Below are positions 34,501 through 44,300 of a stretch of DNA of 64,000 nt, piece by piece. A program made the translations under genes and the position numbers. This DNA is from an uncultured Ignavibacteriaceae bacterium (GTDB taxonomy: Bacteria > Bacteroidota > Ignavibacteria > UBA10030), in contig CAYIHQ010000001.1 of the NCBI GenBank assembly GCA_964362905.1, forward strand, positions 1,163 through 65,162, given 5' to 3'. Every line of letters starts with the position of its first letter. The first letter of the stretch is position 1. The notes beneath the pieces are model-generated. The model had not been told where the DNA came from and searched no databases. It worked only from the letters and a program-made list of their open reading frames with translations.

Positions 34501-36135
34501 TTAGCCTTGCACGAACTCGTTGAACTGCGCCCCAGTCGAAAGCAGCGTGAAATCCACGGTGATGACCTCCGCCGCCTTCGTCGGCTTCATCAGGATGATC
34601 CCACGCATCTGATTCTGGTCGATCAGAGTCGGTGTATTGGTCGTCGCATCGCAGATCACCTTGAACTCGTACAACCCACGAGCGTCCTTGATGGTCTGAA
34701 GCACGGGGTTCACCAGGTTGACAAAGCGACGCCAGGTGAACTCGTCGTTGGGCTCAAAGACCAGGACACGGATGCTCGTGGAGATGATCTTCTTGGCGTA
34801 GTTCAGCATCCTACGCACGTTGACACGGTTCAGCGCCGTAGACAGACGTTGCGTAGTCTTCTGGCCCCAGACCGTGATCCCATCACCAGGGAAGTTGACA
34901 ATGGGGTTGACAACCTGGCCCGGCCCGTAGAGCGATTCGCGCTCGCCCAGGGTCGTGTTGTACCAGACCGACAACGCGCTGGAGGGACGGCCCCGGGTGA
35001 AGCCCGCGGGCGCCCACCAGGTATCGGTCGTCCGGTCGTTGTAGGCGTAGACCCCGGCACAGATGCCGCTCGGGGGCACCCAGACCGACTTCTGGTTGTA
35101 GTTGTCGTAGACCTCCACCCACGGCCAGTAGTAAGCAGAGTAGGAGCTGTTCAACGAGTTGCCCGAGAAGCTACCCGTGGCGTTGGCGAAGTCCTTCGCA
35201 GTGGTGGGGGTCTGGACCGAGAATGGGGGGTCCACCAGGGCAATGCAGTCCCCACGAGCTGCGGCTAGGGTGGTGAGCTGGGTTTCCACCGTACGGGTAG
35301 TGTCGTTGATCTCGGTGGCCACGCCCGGGGCCATCAAGATATTGACATCCACGGTATCCGCATTGGAGAACAGATTGAGTCCGGAGGTGGCACTCGCGTA
35401 GTAGTCAGCCGCGGTGGTGGGCACCCCGTCGTTCCCCGTCGTTGCGCCACTCCCGGTCCCGCTGGCATACGTCCCATCCAGTGGTCTCCCGGTATTGAAA
35501 GTCGTTACAGTGAAGTACGCACTCACCCCGTTCATACGGAGCGAAATCTCGTTCGCGGGATCTCCGGGATTAGTAGGTGGTGTAGGGAGCTGATTCGGAG
35601 GCGCCAAGAGGTTGTCGAAGACCTCCCTCGCTACCCCCTTCTCGTAGACCGTCAGCTTGAAGTAGTTGGCGTTGGTACCACTCTGACCCCCCGCCTCGAT
35701 CTTGACCGTGACATTGGCATAGGTTGCGCTCTGCCATGTCCCAGCGGATGTGGCTGTCAGCGTGATGGTGGGAGTCGCGGGCGCCGACGTGATAACCGTC
35801 GTGGTGGTGGTGCCCGTCCCCACCTTCACCACCCTCACCACGTACAGTTGGTTCCCCTGGCGGAGATACTGGATCGCCGAGGGTACCAGCCCCTTCGCGT
35901 AGTAGACCGTCTTTGCGGGCTGCCCAAAAGTCCCCGCCACCGTGGTCGAAGTTGGTACGGGGGGTGGCCCAAAGGTCTCGATCAACTGCCTCTCGTTGGT
36001 GACGAGTGTCAGGGTCTCCGCCGGCCCCTTGACCGCCCATCCCACCACCCCGCAGATTGCCGTGGAGATTCTTTCTGCGTAGTCAGAGAAGTCAAACTCG
36101 TTGACTACAACGCCGGGGGAAACCTGGGAAGCCAT
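34501..36135 (-). CDS. contractile tail sheath protein
   Basis: N-terminal SPGVVVNEFDFS is a sheath signature. The protein is 544 aa and the tube gene follows. A GAGGA lies upstream of the ATG. Confidence 0.85.
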   Translation of the reverse strand: MASQVSPGVVVNEFDFSDYAERISTAICGVVGWAVKGPAETLTLVTNERQLIETFGPPPVPTSTTVAGTFGQPAKTVYYAKGLVPSAIQYLRQGNQLYVVRVVKVGTGTTTTTVITSAPATPTITLTATSAGTWQSATYANVTVKIEAGGQSGTNANYFKLTVYEKGVAREVFDNLLAPPNQLPTPPTNPGDPANEISLRMNGVSAYFTVTTFNTGRPLDGTYASGTGSGATTGNDGVPTTAADYYASATSGLNLFSNADTVDVNILMAPGVATEINDTTRTVETQLTTLAAARGDCIALVDPPFSVQTPTTAKDFANATGSFSGNSLNSSYSAYYWPWVEVYDNYNQKSVWVPPSGICAGVYAYNDRTTDTWWAPAGFTRGRPSSALSVWYNTTLGERESLYGPGQVVNPIVNFPGDGITVWGQKTTQRLSTALNRVNVRRMLNYAKKIISTSIRVLVFEPNDEFTWRRFVNLVNPVLQTIKDARGLYEFKVICDATTNTPTLIDQNQMRGIILMKPTKAAEVITVDFTLLSTGAQFNEFVQG

Positions 36136-36148
36136 TTACGTCAGATCC

Positions 36149-36403
36149 TCAAGGCTTGGCTCTTGCACTCTTGGAGGTCGGAGTCACCGGCACCCCCGAA
36201 GCAGCAGCATCAGTCTCAGAAACGAAGAGCAGAGCAAAAACGGCTCCGCTAGAAGACATCTGCTTCAGCTCAGAGAACACAACATCAGAGACAACGAACT
36301 CCCCTGACGTTTCTTCTACACTGAGAGCCACGCCAGGAAACGACAGAATGCTTGGCACGATCAGAGCCGATTCCTTGCTAGGGTTTTTGATCTTGATTTT
36401 CAT
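36149..36403 (-). CDS. hypothetical protein (84 aa)
   Basis: ORF tightly packed between the 260-aa gene and the sheath gene. Confidence 0.5.
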   Translation of the reverse strand: MKIKIKNPSKESALIVPSILSFPGVALSVEETSGEFVVSDVVFSELKQMSSSGAVFALLFVSETDAAASGVPVTPTSKSARAKP

Positions 36404-36405
36404 AG

Positions 36406-37188
36406 CTATCCTTGGTTCGACGTGGTGACCGTGCTACCGCTACCAGTGTAGGTAACGCGGGACAGACGAGGATAAGTAGTCGGGTTGGCATCCACTGTGG
36501 CCGCGGTGAGAGTCGCGGTGTCTACAGCCTGGGGCACGAAGTAGCTGTCCTGGAAGATGGTCAGCACAACCTTCAGCTCCTCCACCTTGGCCAACACCCA
36601 GCCCTTGCCAAGCAGGGACTGCGTGAAGCGGAGCACCCTGTGGCCCTCCATGGGTTCCAAATCCGAAGCGTCCTGCACCCCCTCGTTCTCGAAGGGAACA
36701 CTCACCAATCCCCATGGATCCCAGATGCCTCGCATGTTGACTTTCAAGAACATCTCAAAGGAGCTGAAGGCACCAAGGCAGTACAGCTCATAGGCGTTCA
36801 GGGTCGTTCTGTTCTTGGCCCACAGCTCTACCTGATAACCGATGTTGAAAGGCGCAGGGAAGCGAGCTTGGTAGAGCTTCTTGTTGTCCGCTGTCCGCGC
36901 TAGCCGATCAAACTTCGCTTTGTTTCCGTGAAAGCGCGTCTGGTCATACAGGATACGGCTACGGGAGACACTTGCAAATGGTAGCGGGATGTTCCGGATA
37001 TCATCCACCTTCGTCCCGAGGGTGGGGCGCAGGAGATCCTGCATCGAGGCGAATGCTCTGTCCGGTGTGGCCATCACCACCGGGATGACCGCATTGGAGC
37101 GCATCAGCGGCGCAGACTCTACCCACTCCACGACCGCTTGGTCGTAGGCTCGTAGCTGATCCGCAATGGCATCCGCGTGGTCGGTCAT
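36406..37188 (-). CDS. tail completion / terminator-like structural protein (function tentative)
   Basis: 260 aa, positioned between the neck/adaptor genes and the sheath. Nothing beyond position and general sequence style supports the call. Confidence 0.45.
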   Translation of the reverse strand: MTDHADAIADQLRAYDQAVVEWVESAPLMRSNAVIPVVMATPDRAFASMQDLLRPTLGTKVDDIRNIPLPFASVSRSRILYDQTRFHGNKAKFDRLARTADNKKLYQARFPAPFNIGYQVELWAKNRTTLNAYELYCLGAFSSFEMFLKVNMRGIWDPWGLVSVPFENEGVQDASDLEPMEGHRVLRFTQSLLGKGWVLAKVEELKVVLTIFQDSYFVPQAVDTATLTAATVDANPTTYPRLSRVTYTGSGSTVTTSNQG

Positions 37189-37355
37189 CGAGTTTGGATC
37201 TGCTTGCTCCGATTCCGATTCCCCGTGAGCCGGAGTCGCCGGACCAGCTTACGCTTCTGCGGAGAGTAAGTCGAAGGACGCTGCCCCAGCGCCGGAGTCA
37301 CCCCCAGGCCAATCCCGAGCGTAGTGGTCATCTCCCGCAACACAAGAAACTTCAT
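37185..37355 (-). CDS. small basic protein (56 aa), absent from the ORF track
   Basis: Manual translation gives MKFLVLREMTTTLGIGLGVTPALGQRPSTYSPQKRKLVRRLRLTGNRNRSKQIQTR. It has ATGA overlaps with both neighbours (37352-37355 and 37185-37188). The head and the KRKLVRRLRL segment recall the MRFLVLEAV...RKLRLKKL family. Confidence 0.45.
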   Translation of the reverse strand: MKFLVLREMTTTLGIGLGVTPALGQRPSTYSPQKRKLVRRLRLTGNRNRSKQIQTR

Positions 37356-37819
37356 CGGTCGAAATCGAAGGGCTCGAAGATCCCAAAGAGGTCGGATAGA
37401 GTTGTGGGGAAGAACTGGCTCTCACCCACGAGCTGCATGACGTGCAACACATTCAATAGAACGAAACCAGCACGACGGATCGTCAAGTGCGGATGGTCAA
37501 AGCTCTCGTTCTTGCAGGGAATGTAAGCCGAGACAAAAACACGCCCAGTTTTACTAGGCTCATGGGGAGAGATCACAATGGTACGCCCGTGACCATCCGG
37601 ATGCAGCAGCAGGCTAGCCAATACCTGCTCCGCCCTCTTCAGGGTATCCATGGCTTTATCCCGATCCGGGCATCGCCGAGGATCCGGTAGCTCCATACCA
37701 GCGAGCTGGAAAGTGCTGTGATTGAATAGTCGAAAACCAAGGTCTACGACACCAGAAAAGGTACGTCCATCGCTCACCGACTCAACGTGCATCTTGTAGT
37801 TGTAGATGATGCGATTCAT
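37352..37819 (-). CDS. OB-fold, staphylococcal-nuclease-like protein (catalytic status unclear)
   Basis: VESVSDGRTFSGVVDLGFRLFNHSTFQLAGMELPDPR resembles the SNase-like pattern V.DGDT....dLG....vRL.GIDAPE. Confidence 0.4.
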   Translation of the reverse strand: MNRIIYNYKMHVESVSDGRTFSGVVDLGFRLFNHSTFQLAGMELPDPRRCPDRDKAMDTLKRAEQVLASLLLHPDGHGRTIVISPHEPSKTGRVFVSAYIPCKNESFDHPHLTIRRAGFVLLNVLHVMQLVGESQFFPTTLSDLFGIFEPFDFDR

Positions 37820-37835
37820 TTCGTCGGCTCTCGGC

Positions 37836-38420
37836 TCATTTCATCTTGATTACTCGGCCCTGCTCTGGCTTCTTCACAAGGGCAAGCAGCTTCAAGTATG
37901 TTCTGTTACCAATCTGGCTCGACATGCGGTGGATGAAATGCGGAATGCTCGCCTTCCATTTCCAGTACGCCGGCCCCCAGTGAGGACGTGCTGGAATCTT
38001 CCGCGTGCCAAACTCATGGATACGTCCAAGATCGTTGTAGTTCATCTTGGCCGTCCGATGATCCAGATTGGGCACCCCTACATAGATGCGCACACGGGTT
38101 TTTCCCTTGTAGATCCGCTGCACACCAATGGATCCCACATAATCCTCAGTAGCCTTCAGCATCTCCGGGCTCAAGCCAACTGCCAACTTGTGCGCCAGGT
38201 AGTCTGGATTCAGTGGCGGCCAGTTACTGGGCTGCGCCTGGATCTCCGAGATCACAGCATCTGCTAGACGCTCCGCGTCCTCCCGAAGAAGCCTGTTCAT
38301 CACCTCCGTCGGAACACTTTCAAGCACCTTACGGAATCGTTTCATATCCGTGATCCCGTAGCGACGTGCTGATGCCTCCAGGCGTCCACGGAAAGCACGC
38401 TGTACATCGAAGCCAATCAT
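37836..38420 (-). CDS. HK97 gp10-like head-tail/neck protein
   Basis: IHEFGTRKIPARPHWGPA matches the HK97-gp10-like motif (EfGT....arPfl.pA). Confidence 0.65.
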   Translation of the reverse strand: MIGFDVQRAFRGRLEASARRYGITDMKRFRKVLESVPTEVMNRLLREDAERLADAVISEIQAQPSNWPPLNPDYLAHKLAVGLSPEMLKATEDYVGSIGVQRIYKGKTRVRIYVGVPNLDHRTAKMNYNDLGRIHEFGTRKIPARPHWGPAYWKWKASIPHFIHRMSSQIGNRTYLKLLALVKKPEQGRVIKMK

Positions 38421-38872
38421 GTGCCTTCCCTATAGTAATCTGCACCAAGAACCAGAAAGAACGGTATATTCGTGGTCCCCCAATAGGCAGAAGTATCTCG
38501 AATCTGATCCTTGATCTCGTAGTGATCGCCACCCCAACGGATCAGATCCCCGATCAAAAAGGTCTCAGATTGCTCCAGGATCCCAAGCTCAGAAAGATGA
38601 AGAGTTGAGACATCGAAGAGCACATCACGCGACTGCTCGATCCCATACTTCGTCAGCGCCTTCTTCGACGGTCGATGCTGCACACTCGCCCACAACGGTA
38701 TCGGGTCCAACCAGCGACGGGCCGGGGCCTCGTGATAGAGTGGGTCCACGAAGGTGGTAGCCCGATCCAAACGGATTAGCTCTACCTGTGGAAAGTGCCT
38801 CTCGGTATGCTCCCGAATCCAGACCTTCTGGACCGTCACATCGAAGCCATCGGGAACTCGTACCACTACCAT
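38417..38872 (-). CDS. head-tail adaptor / head closure-like protein (151 aa)
   Basis: The track ORF was trimmed to the ATG at 38872 (MVVVRVPDGF...), 10 nt after the upstream stop. IGDLIRWGGDHYEIKDQIRD resembles the head-tail joining family motif. Confidence 0.5.
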   Translation of the reverse strand: MVVVRVPDGFDVTVQKVWIREHTERHFPQVELIRLDRATTFVDPLYHEAPARRWLDPIPLWASVQHRPSKKALTKYGIEQSRDVLFDVSTLHLSELGILEQSETFLIGDLIRWGGDHYEIKDQIRDTSAYWGTTNIPFFLVLGADYYREGT

Positions 38873-38882
38873 CGGGTCACCA

Positions 38883-39908
38883 TCACCCCAAGACGGGGGG
38901 TACACTGGGGGACATGCTCCTCGCCTCCTCCACCAGCGACGCCTGCTCCTGAGCCCCCTCCTGAAGCAAGCTCTCGCTATCGAGCTGTAGGGGACCACCT
39001 GGAGCGGGCACCTTCCCGGAGTACTTCCCACGGATACGCCCAAGGATCTGCTTCGCCAGGGCAAGACAGTAGCGGCGGAACCATCGGAAGTGATCCAAGC
39101 GAATGCCGTCGATTCCCACGTTGTCGAAATAGCGATACATCACGTAGTAGTTTCCGCTGGCTCCAGCGATGTTGGTGCCACCCACATTGATGTACAGCGT
39201 TTTACTGGAAGCATCCCAAACCCATTCCGGTTCCTGGCTGGTCACACGATTCAACGTCTCCCAGAAGCTGATCCCCAGGACATACTGATCGAAGTCAAGC
39301 TGCTGCCCCCTCGGGTACTCCCTACCAAAGAGAGGGTCACTGATGAGCGGCGTACCCTCCTGGCGGACAAAGGAGAGAGTCGTTGGCCCCCGGCTGGGGA
39401 GGCTGGGCAGTGGGTACGCCGTCGTGCTGACGGCCAGCGTGAGGGTGCCGTATTTCTCGACCGGAAGCCATGTGTTGTAGACCGCAAGCGCCTCCTCCAC
39501 GATCGTCCGATAGTGCTCGCTTGTCAGCTCCACCGCAACCGCAGGGAAGCCGAGCATGGTCCGCACGTAGTCACGAAGCTCAGTGGAGTTGAGAATAGCA
39601 TCGTAGGGATAGGGCAGAACCTCGATGAACGGATAAGGTGAGGTGAAGCTACCACCCAGCTTAGCGTACCATTTCGCTGTGACATCTCCCTTGATGTAAG
39701 CAATCAGATCGACGGTGGTGGTGTAGAGCACCCCCGCAGCATCCGTGGTCTTGAGAATCGAGTTGGTCGCCTCCGCGCCAATAACTCTCCGCTCCTTATA
39801 GACCGTAGCTCCTTCTTCGTAGATTTCTACGTAGAGATCCGCGTCAACGGTTTGGCCCGTGGTTCCCGTGGTTACAAATCGGGCATCAAACGTGAGCGGA
39901 CGAGCCAT
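38883..39908 (-). CDS. neck / head-completion structural protein (341 aa; function tentative)
   Basis: It sits between the giant fibre-like gene and the adaptor genes. No specific motif recognised. Confidence 0.5.
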   Translation of the reverse strand: MARPLTFDARFVTTGTTGQTVDADLYVEIYEEGATVYKERRVIGAEATNSILKTTDAAGVLYTTTVDLIAYIKGDVTAKWYAKLGGSFTSPYPFIEVLPYPYDAILNSTELRDYVRTMLGFPAVAVELTSEHYRTIVEEALAVYNTWLPVEKYGTLTLAVSTTAYPLPSLPSRGPTTLSFVRQEGTPLISDPLFGREYPRGQQLDFDQYVLGISFWETLNRVTSQEPEWVWDASSKTLYINVGGTNIAGASGNYYVMYRYFDNVGIDGIRLDHFRWFRRYCLALAKQILGRIRGKYSGKVPAPGGPLQLDSESLLQEGAQEQASLVEEARSMSPSVPPVLG

Positions 39909-39914
39909 GCTGCC

Positions 39915-41390
39915 TTATCCTTGGACGGGCTTCCCAGTGATGGTGATGGGGCTGCTGGGCGTCAGCAGCAAGCTACCTACGATGAGGTACCCGGCACCAA
40001 TGAGAGCGACCTGCTTGGTGGTGGCGAGGGTACCCCGTGTTGTCAACGAGTTAGTCCGCGCGACCGCCAGTGCGGATGCGGTGGGGAGCTGGGTAAGAAC
40101 GTCGAGCAGCGAGTAGATGAAACCCTTCGACACGAGGGGTGCAGTGAGCTGCACCCCCACCACGTAGCCCACCGAGGTGAGAGACTGCTGGGCGATGACC
40201 GCGAGCTGGCCCCGCGAGACCAAGAAGCTGGAGGCTGCGCCCTGCACGTAGGCGGCGCAGACGAGGTAACGGTAGCCCACCGCATCCAGGAGGTGTCCCT
40301 TGGAGGCCAAGAAGAGCACATTCCCACTGATCTGGATATCGCCCTTCGAGGTGAGTAGCTGCTGAAAACCTAGAGTCTGTAGATATCCCTTCGAGGTGAG
40401 TAGCTGCTGAAGATTCGATGTCTGGAACGCGCCCTTGGAAGAGAGCTGTAGCTGCACACCAAGAACTTGCAACGCCCCCTTGGAAGAGAGCGGCACCAGC
40501 ACGCCCAGCACCCCCAGGTAACCCCGGGAAGAGAGCGACAGCGAGGTGCCAGTGGCCAGCGTGCCCCGGGAGACAACCAAGAGCTGTGTGCCCAGCACCT
40601 GGAGATAGCCAACGGAGGCTACCTGCGTGTACGCGGCCCCCCAGGCAATCAGCTCACCCTTTGACAGCAGCAAGAGCTGGGTGCCCAGCACCTGGAGATA
40701 CCCCTTCGAGGTGAGCACGCTCTGCCCTGCCAACACCACATGGCCCTTGCTAGCCAGCAGTGACGACGTGTTGACTACCTGGAGGTACCCGCGTGTAAAC
40801 AGATCGTGCGACTGCGCGACCGCGAGATAGCCCCGTGAAGGAAGAAACAGCAGGATACCGGACGAAGAAAGTAGATCCCCCTTCGAGGTGAGGACCACCT
40901 GGAGATTGACGACTCCAAAGGCACCCTTTGACAGCAGCAAGAGCTGTACGGTGGGAGCCTGAAGGTAGCCGCTGCTTACCAGCGGAAGCTGCGTGTTCGA
41001 GGTGAGGAACGACCCCTTCGACACGAGTGGCAGCTCGGCCGTAGTAGCCAGGGTGCCCTTCGATAGCAGACTGTGGCTGAGGCCGTTGATCGACAGATAG
41101 CCACTACACGAGACCTGCCCTTGCTGAGGGGTGGCCAGCGTGCCCCGGGAAGTGAGGGACAACCCGGGCTCCAGGCTCGGCAACGACAGGGTACCCCGGC
41201 ATATCAAGGGATTCTGGTAGCCGAGGATCACGAGGTAGCCACGGGACGAGGTGGACGCCTGCAACCCCACCGCATTGACGAGATAGCCCGCACCTACCAG
41301 ATTAGGGGCGGTCATCCCGCTAGCCAGTGACCCACGAGATGTCAGCTTGTTGTCCATCACCGTGGTCAGCGTGCCCCGGGATGTAAGAGC
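39915..41390. repeat. tandem 45-nt (15-codon) repeat array encoding the S-K/R-G shaft of the giant protein
   Basis: Near-identical DNA copies occur, for example cccttcgaggtgagtagctgctgaa at 40343 and 40388, and gcccttggaagagag at 40431 and 40476. Protein units include LLTSKGYLQTLGFQQ, LLTSKGDIQISGNVL and QLSSKGAFQTSNLQQ. Confidence 0.8.
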
Positions 41391-44300
41391 CAGCTCCTCC
41401 GTTTCGCTGAGCGCTTCCTCAGCCTGGAGCACGGGTGTAACCGGGGTGGCCACCTTGTAGGTCGCTGGCCGATCCACGCGCGACAGCCTCACCTCTGCCA
41501 GCTTGATGTTGGCAAATGAGGTGAAGAATGTGCTAGGTGTGTAGAATGCTCCGTGGACGAAGCTGGTAACCTGGGATACAACTGCCAGGCTGCCGGAGAC
41601 GGCTTGGCCTGTACCCGCCACACCCCCTACATAGGGGGTAAGCGTGGTGCTAGAGTAGTCGAGCTTGATGTGTACCCAACGATCCGTGGGGTACTGCGTT
41701 GTGGAGGTGGTATGCGTGCTGATGATTTGCACGCCACCTGCTGGTGGTGAGGAGAAGGTGACAGACCAGGCACCCGTGAGATAGTCCAGGGTTCCAGAGG
41801 TGATCCCCGTGCCACTGATCGTACCCGCACCGTAGTCATAGCCTGCTACGGAGCTGCCAGCCACATAGATGTAGAAGCTGCTGGCTATAACAGGGGCTAC
41901 CAAAGTCCCAGAGAATACAGTCTGAGAGCCGTTGCCCGTAGCGAGCACAGTGCGCGTCCCCTGAGGGATAGCCACCTCGACTACGGAATATGAAGTCCCC
42001 TGACCCACAGTGAACCGACCGCGCAGAGCACGATCCGTTGACGCAGTGTTGAGGTAGACGAGAATAGGAGCCACCGTGTCATCCGCTAGAGACAGCAGAG
42101 ACCACAGCTCAGAGACTCCAGAGTCTCGATCGAGCGTCCGGATGAGCACCCAGAAATCCAAGCAGAAGCTACCCTGCCACGCATAGACAGAGAAGTTGGC
42201 CGAAACGAACGACGCTTGGAACAGAGATTTCTGGAAGTGCGAAGCCCCGCCGAAAATCCCCTTGATGTGGCTTGGGGAGAATCCAGCAATCGTAGCCAGT
42301 GCCTGAGAGTTGGGACCGGCATCGTTTCCGATCGAGCCCTCGCTGTTCCACAGCGCTACCGTGTTGGCATCAGAGGCGTAGGGGCCGTCAATCGAGTCCG
42401 TATTGGACCACGCTGTGGACGAGGCAGCTCCGGGATTGCTGTAGTACACATAGTACGCCTGAGTGACAGACAATCCAACATCTTCATTTTGCTGGATCGT
42501 CTGCGTCGGAACGAAGTATAGAAAATAGTCTCCAGAAGCTGGATCACGCCGGAGAGTGCTGGGCACCAGCGTGAACAGGTTGGTGTCCGTCTGGTGGACT
42601 ACGCGCAGATCCCCCAGACCGAGCTGGCTAAACGTGGGGATCCCATAGGTCGTCACGTTCACACCCAGGACATCCCTGCCCCCGGTGTACAGGGAGTGGG
42701 TGCCCGAGGTGGACACTCGGCGACGCCGACGCCAAGTGGTGTCCCACCAGCCAGTGACCTGCCCCAGCCCACCATCCGCGTGTGGGAAGTCCCCTGTGAT
42801 GGGACCAAGGAACTGCTCCTCATACTCGAACTTGCTACCCTTCGTATTGGCGTTCACACCGCTGAACCGGCCATTTACGTGGCTAAACGCCATCAGGTTG
42901 TAAAGCCAGTTATTCAGCAGCTTTATAGCAAGTGCCCTTTTTTGAGTATTCGTGTGGTAGCGTGCAGCGTAATACGCCACGAGCGATAGAGCAGCGTTTA
43001 TTCCGTCTGGTAGTCCATCGGGATAATTACCAACTCCTTCGTGATAGAAAGTTTCGGCATCTGTTGGCGCCCTCTGGCACGGGTACCTCGGGGGCTGTCC
43101 TGGAGGGTTCGTGCAGCTCGGTACGGTGAGAACCGGAGGGACAGTCCCTGGATGGGGGATGCCACCATCGAAAGTGGTGATGTCCTGACCATGTGCTCGA
43201 AAGGTGCCAGCGACGGGCCACCCAATGGTATCGACGTGTGGGCTGGGAGAGTCCTTCAAGCCCGGAGTTTGCTTGCTGGTAACCCAGTCCTGAACAGCCG
43301 TATCTGAGCCTAGCCGATTGTAGTAGGTAGCTATCGGCGTATCGCTATCCGTCAATGCCGGGTAGTACGGCGGTGTGGTAGACAGATAGGGTGACGATAT
43401 CGGGATTACCCAAGAATAGCCCTGACCATAGTTATCGTTACAGAAGCGAACGGGGAACCCGTGGCTACCACCCCTTAGTGGATCCTGGAACAGAAGGCCA
43501 AACCGACCGAGAGTCTGTGAGACGAATCCCGGGGATAGTCGGCCTGGATACGGACCAAGCCCGTAGAGTAAGCAGTAGTCAAGCACGTAGCTGCTGCCCC
43601 CCAACCCAAGACGCAGGAGGGTGGCAGGCAATGTGAGACCGTTGGAAAGCAGCTTGGTCTCGTAGCGAAACTCTCGATAGCACGCCCAGATGTAGGGCAG
43701 GATGTAGCCGAGCTGCCAGGTAGAGCTGTAGGTGAAATACCCCTCACCAAAACGCATCTGCACCTCGGAGATGGGAAGCGAGGGATTACCCAGCGCGGTG
43801 CCACCCCCATACAGTGGATTGGTGCTCCCAACATTCTCCGGATTGCCCCAATCCAGACCCCTTCCTTCATCTATCGGAAAGTCCTTGATCTTCTCTTTCC
43901 CGGAGACCGCGATCAGCCCCGCAGGGTCCATCAAGCCGAGGGGTGAGGTGGACAAACGCCAGACATTTCGACTCTCGATGAACTCCTTATAGCGATCCGG
44001 CGCGCTCCCGTAGGCAGCAGAGGTCAGGAACTCGAATCCGCTGCGCCCAGCCAACGCCTTGGTCACGAGATAGGCCGTCAGAACGTTCTTCAACGACCAG
44101 GCATTAGCCCGAGATTCGTCGCGGAATTGCTGCTGGTTGGTGCCCGTCGGATCAAAGGGGCTCTTATCCTTGTAAGCCCCCAGAAAGAACTCGCCCATGA
44201 GACGAACCTTGTCCCACAGAAGCCAGCTCCCTGTGGTCTCCCACACCTCAAAGGCAGCATCCTGGCTACAGTGAGAAGCGTTCTCCGCGGACATCCCATG

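Noticed and set aside
33826-35268. Long plus-strand ORFs: 33826-35268 (480 aa), 47621-48670 (349 aa), 18902-19927 (341 aa), 52419-53336 (305 aa) and 27852-28673 (273 aa)
   Set aside because: Each lies entirely antisense to a confidently identified minus-strand gene (sheath, structural genes, fibre, capsid, hub). Each has an Arg/Gly/Pro/His-rich, low-complexity composition typical of shadow ORFs in high-GC DNA. None has a recognisable motif or a ribosome-binding site.
25438-36135. An extracellular contractile injection system or T6SS-like locus rather than a phage tail
   Set aside because: The same co-oriented gene string contains a gp23-like capsid protein, a prohead protease-scaffold, head-tail adaptors and a full replication module. 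A phage tail is therefore the simplest reading. No ClpV or AAA+ recycling ATPase was seen.
39915-41390. A CRISPR-like array, suggested by the regular 45-nt periodicity (and by the repeats at 9256-9330)
   Set aside because: The periodic units lie inside one long ORF and encode a protein repeat. There is no alternation of constant repeats with unique spacers, and no cas genes are present.
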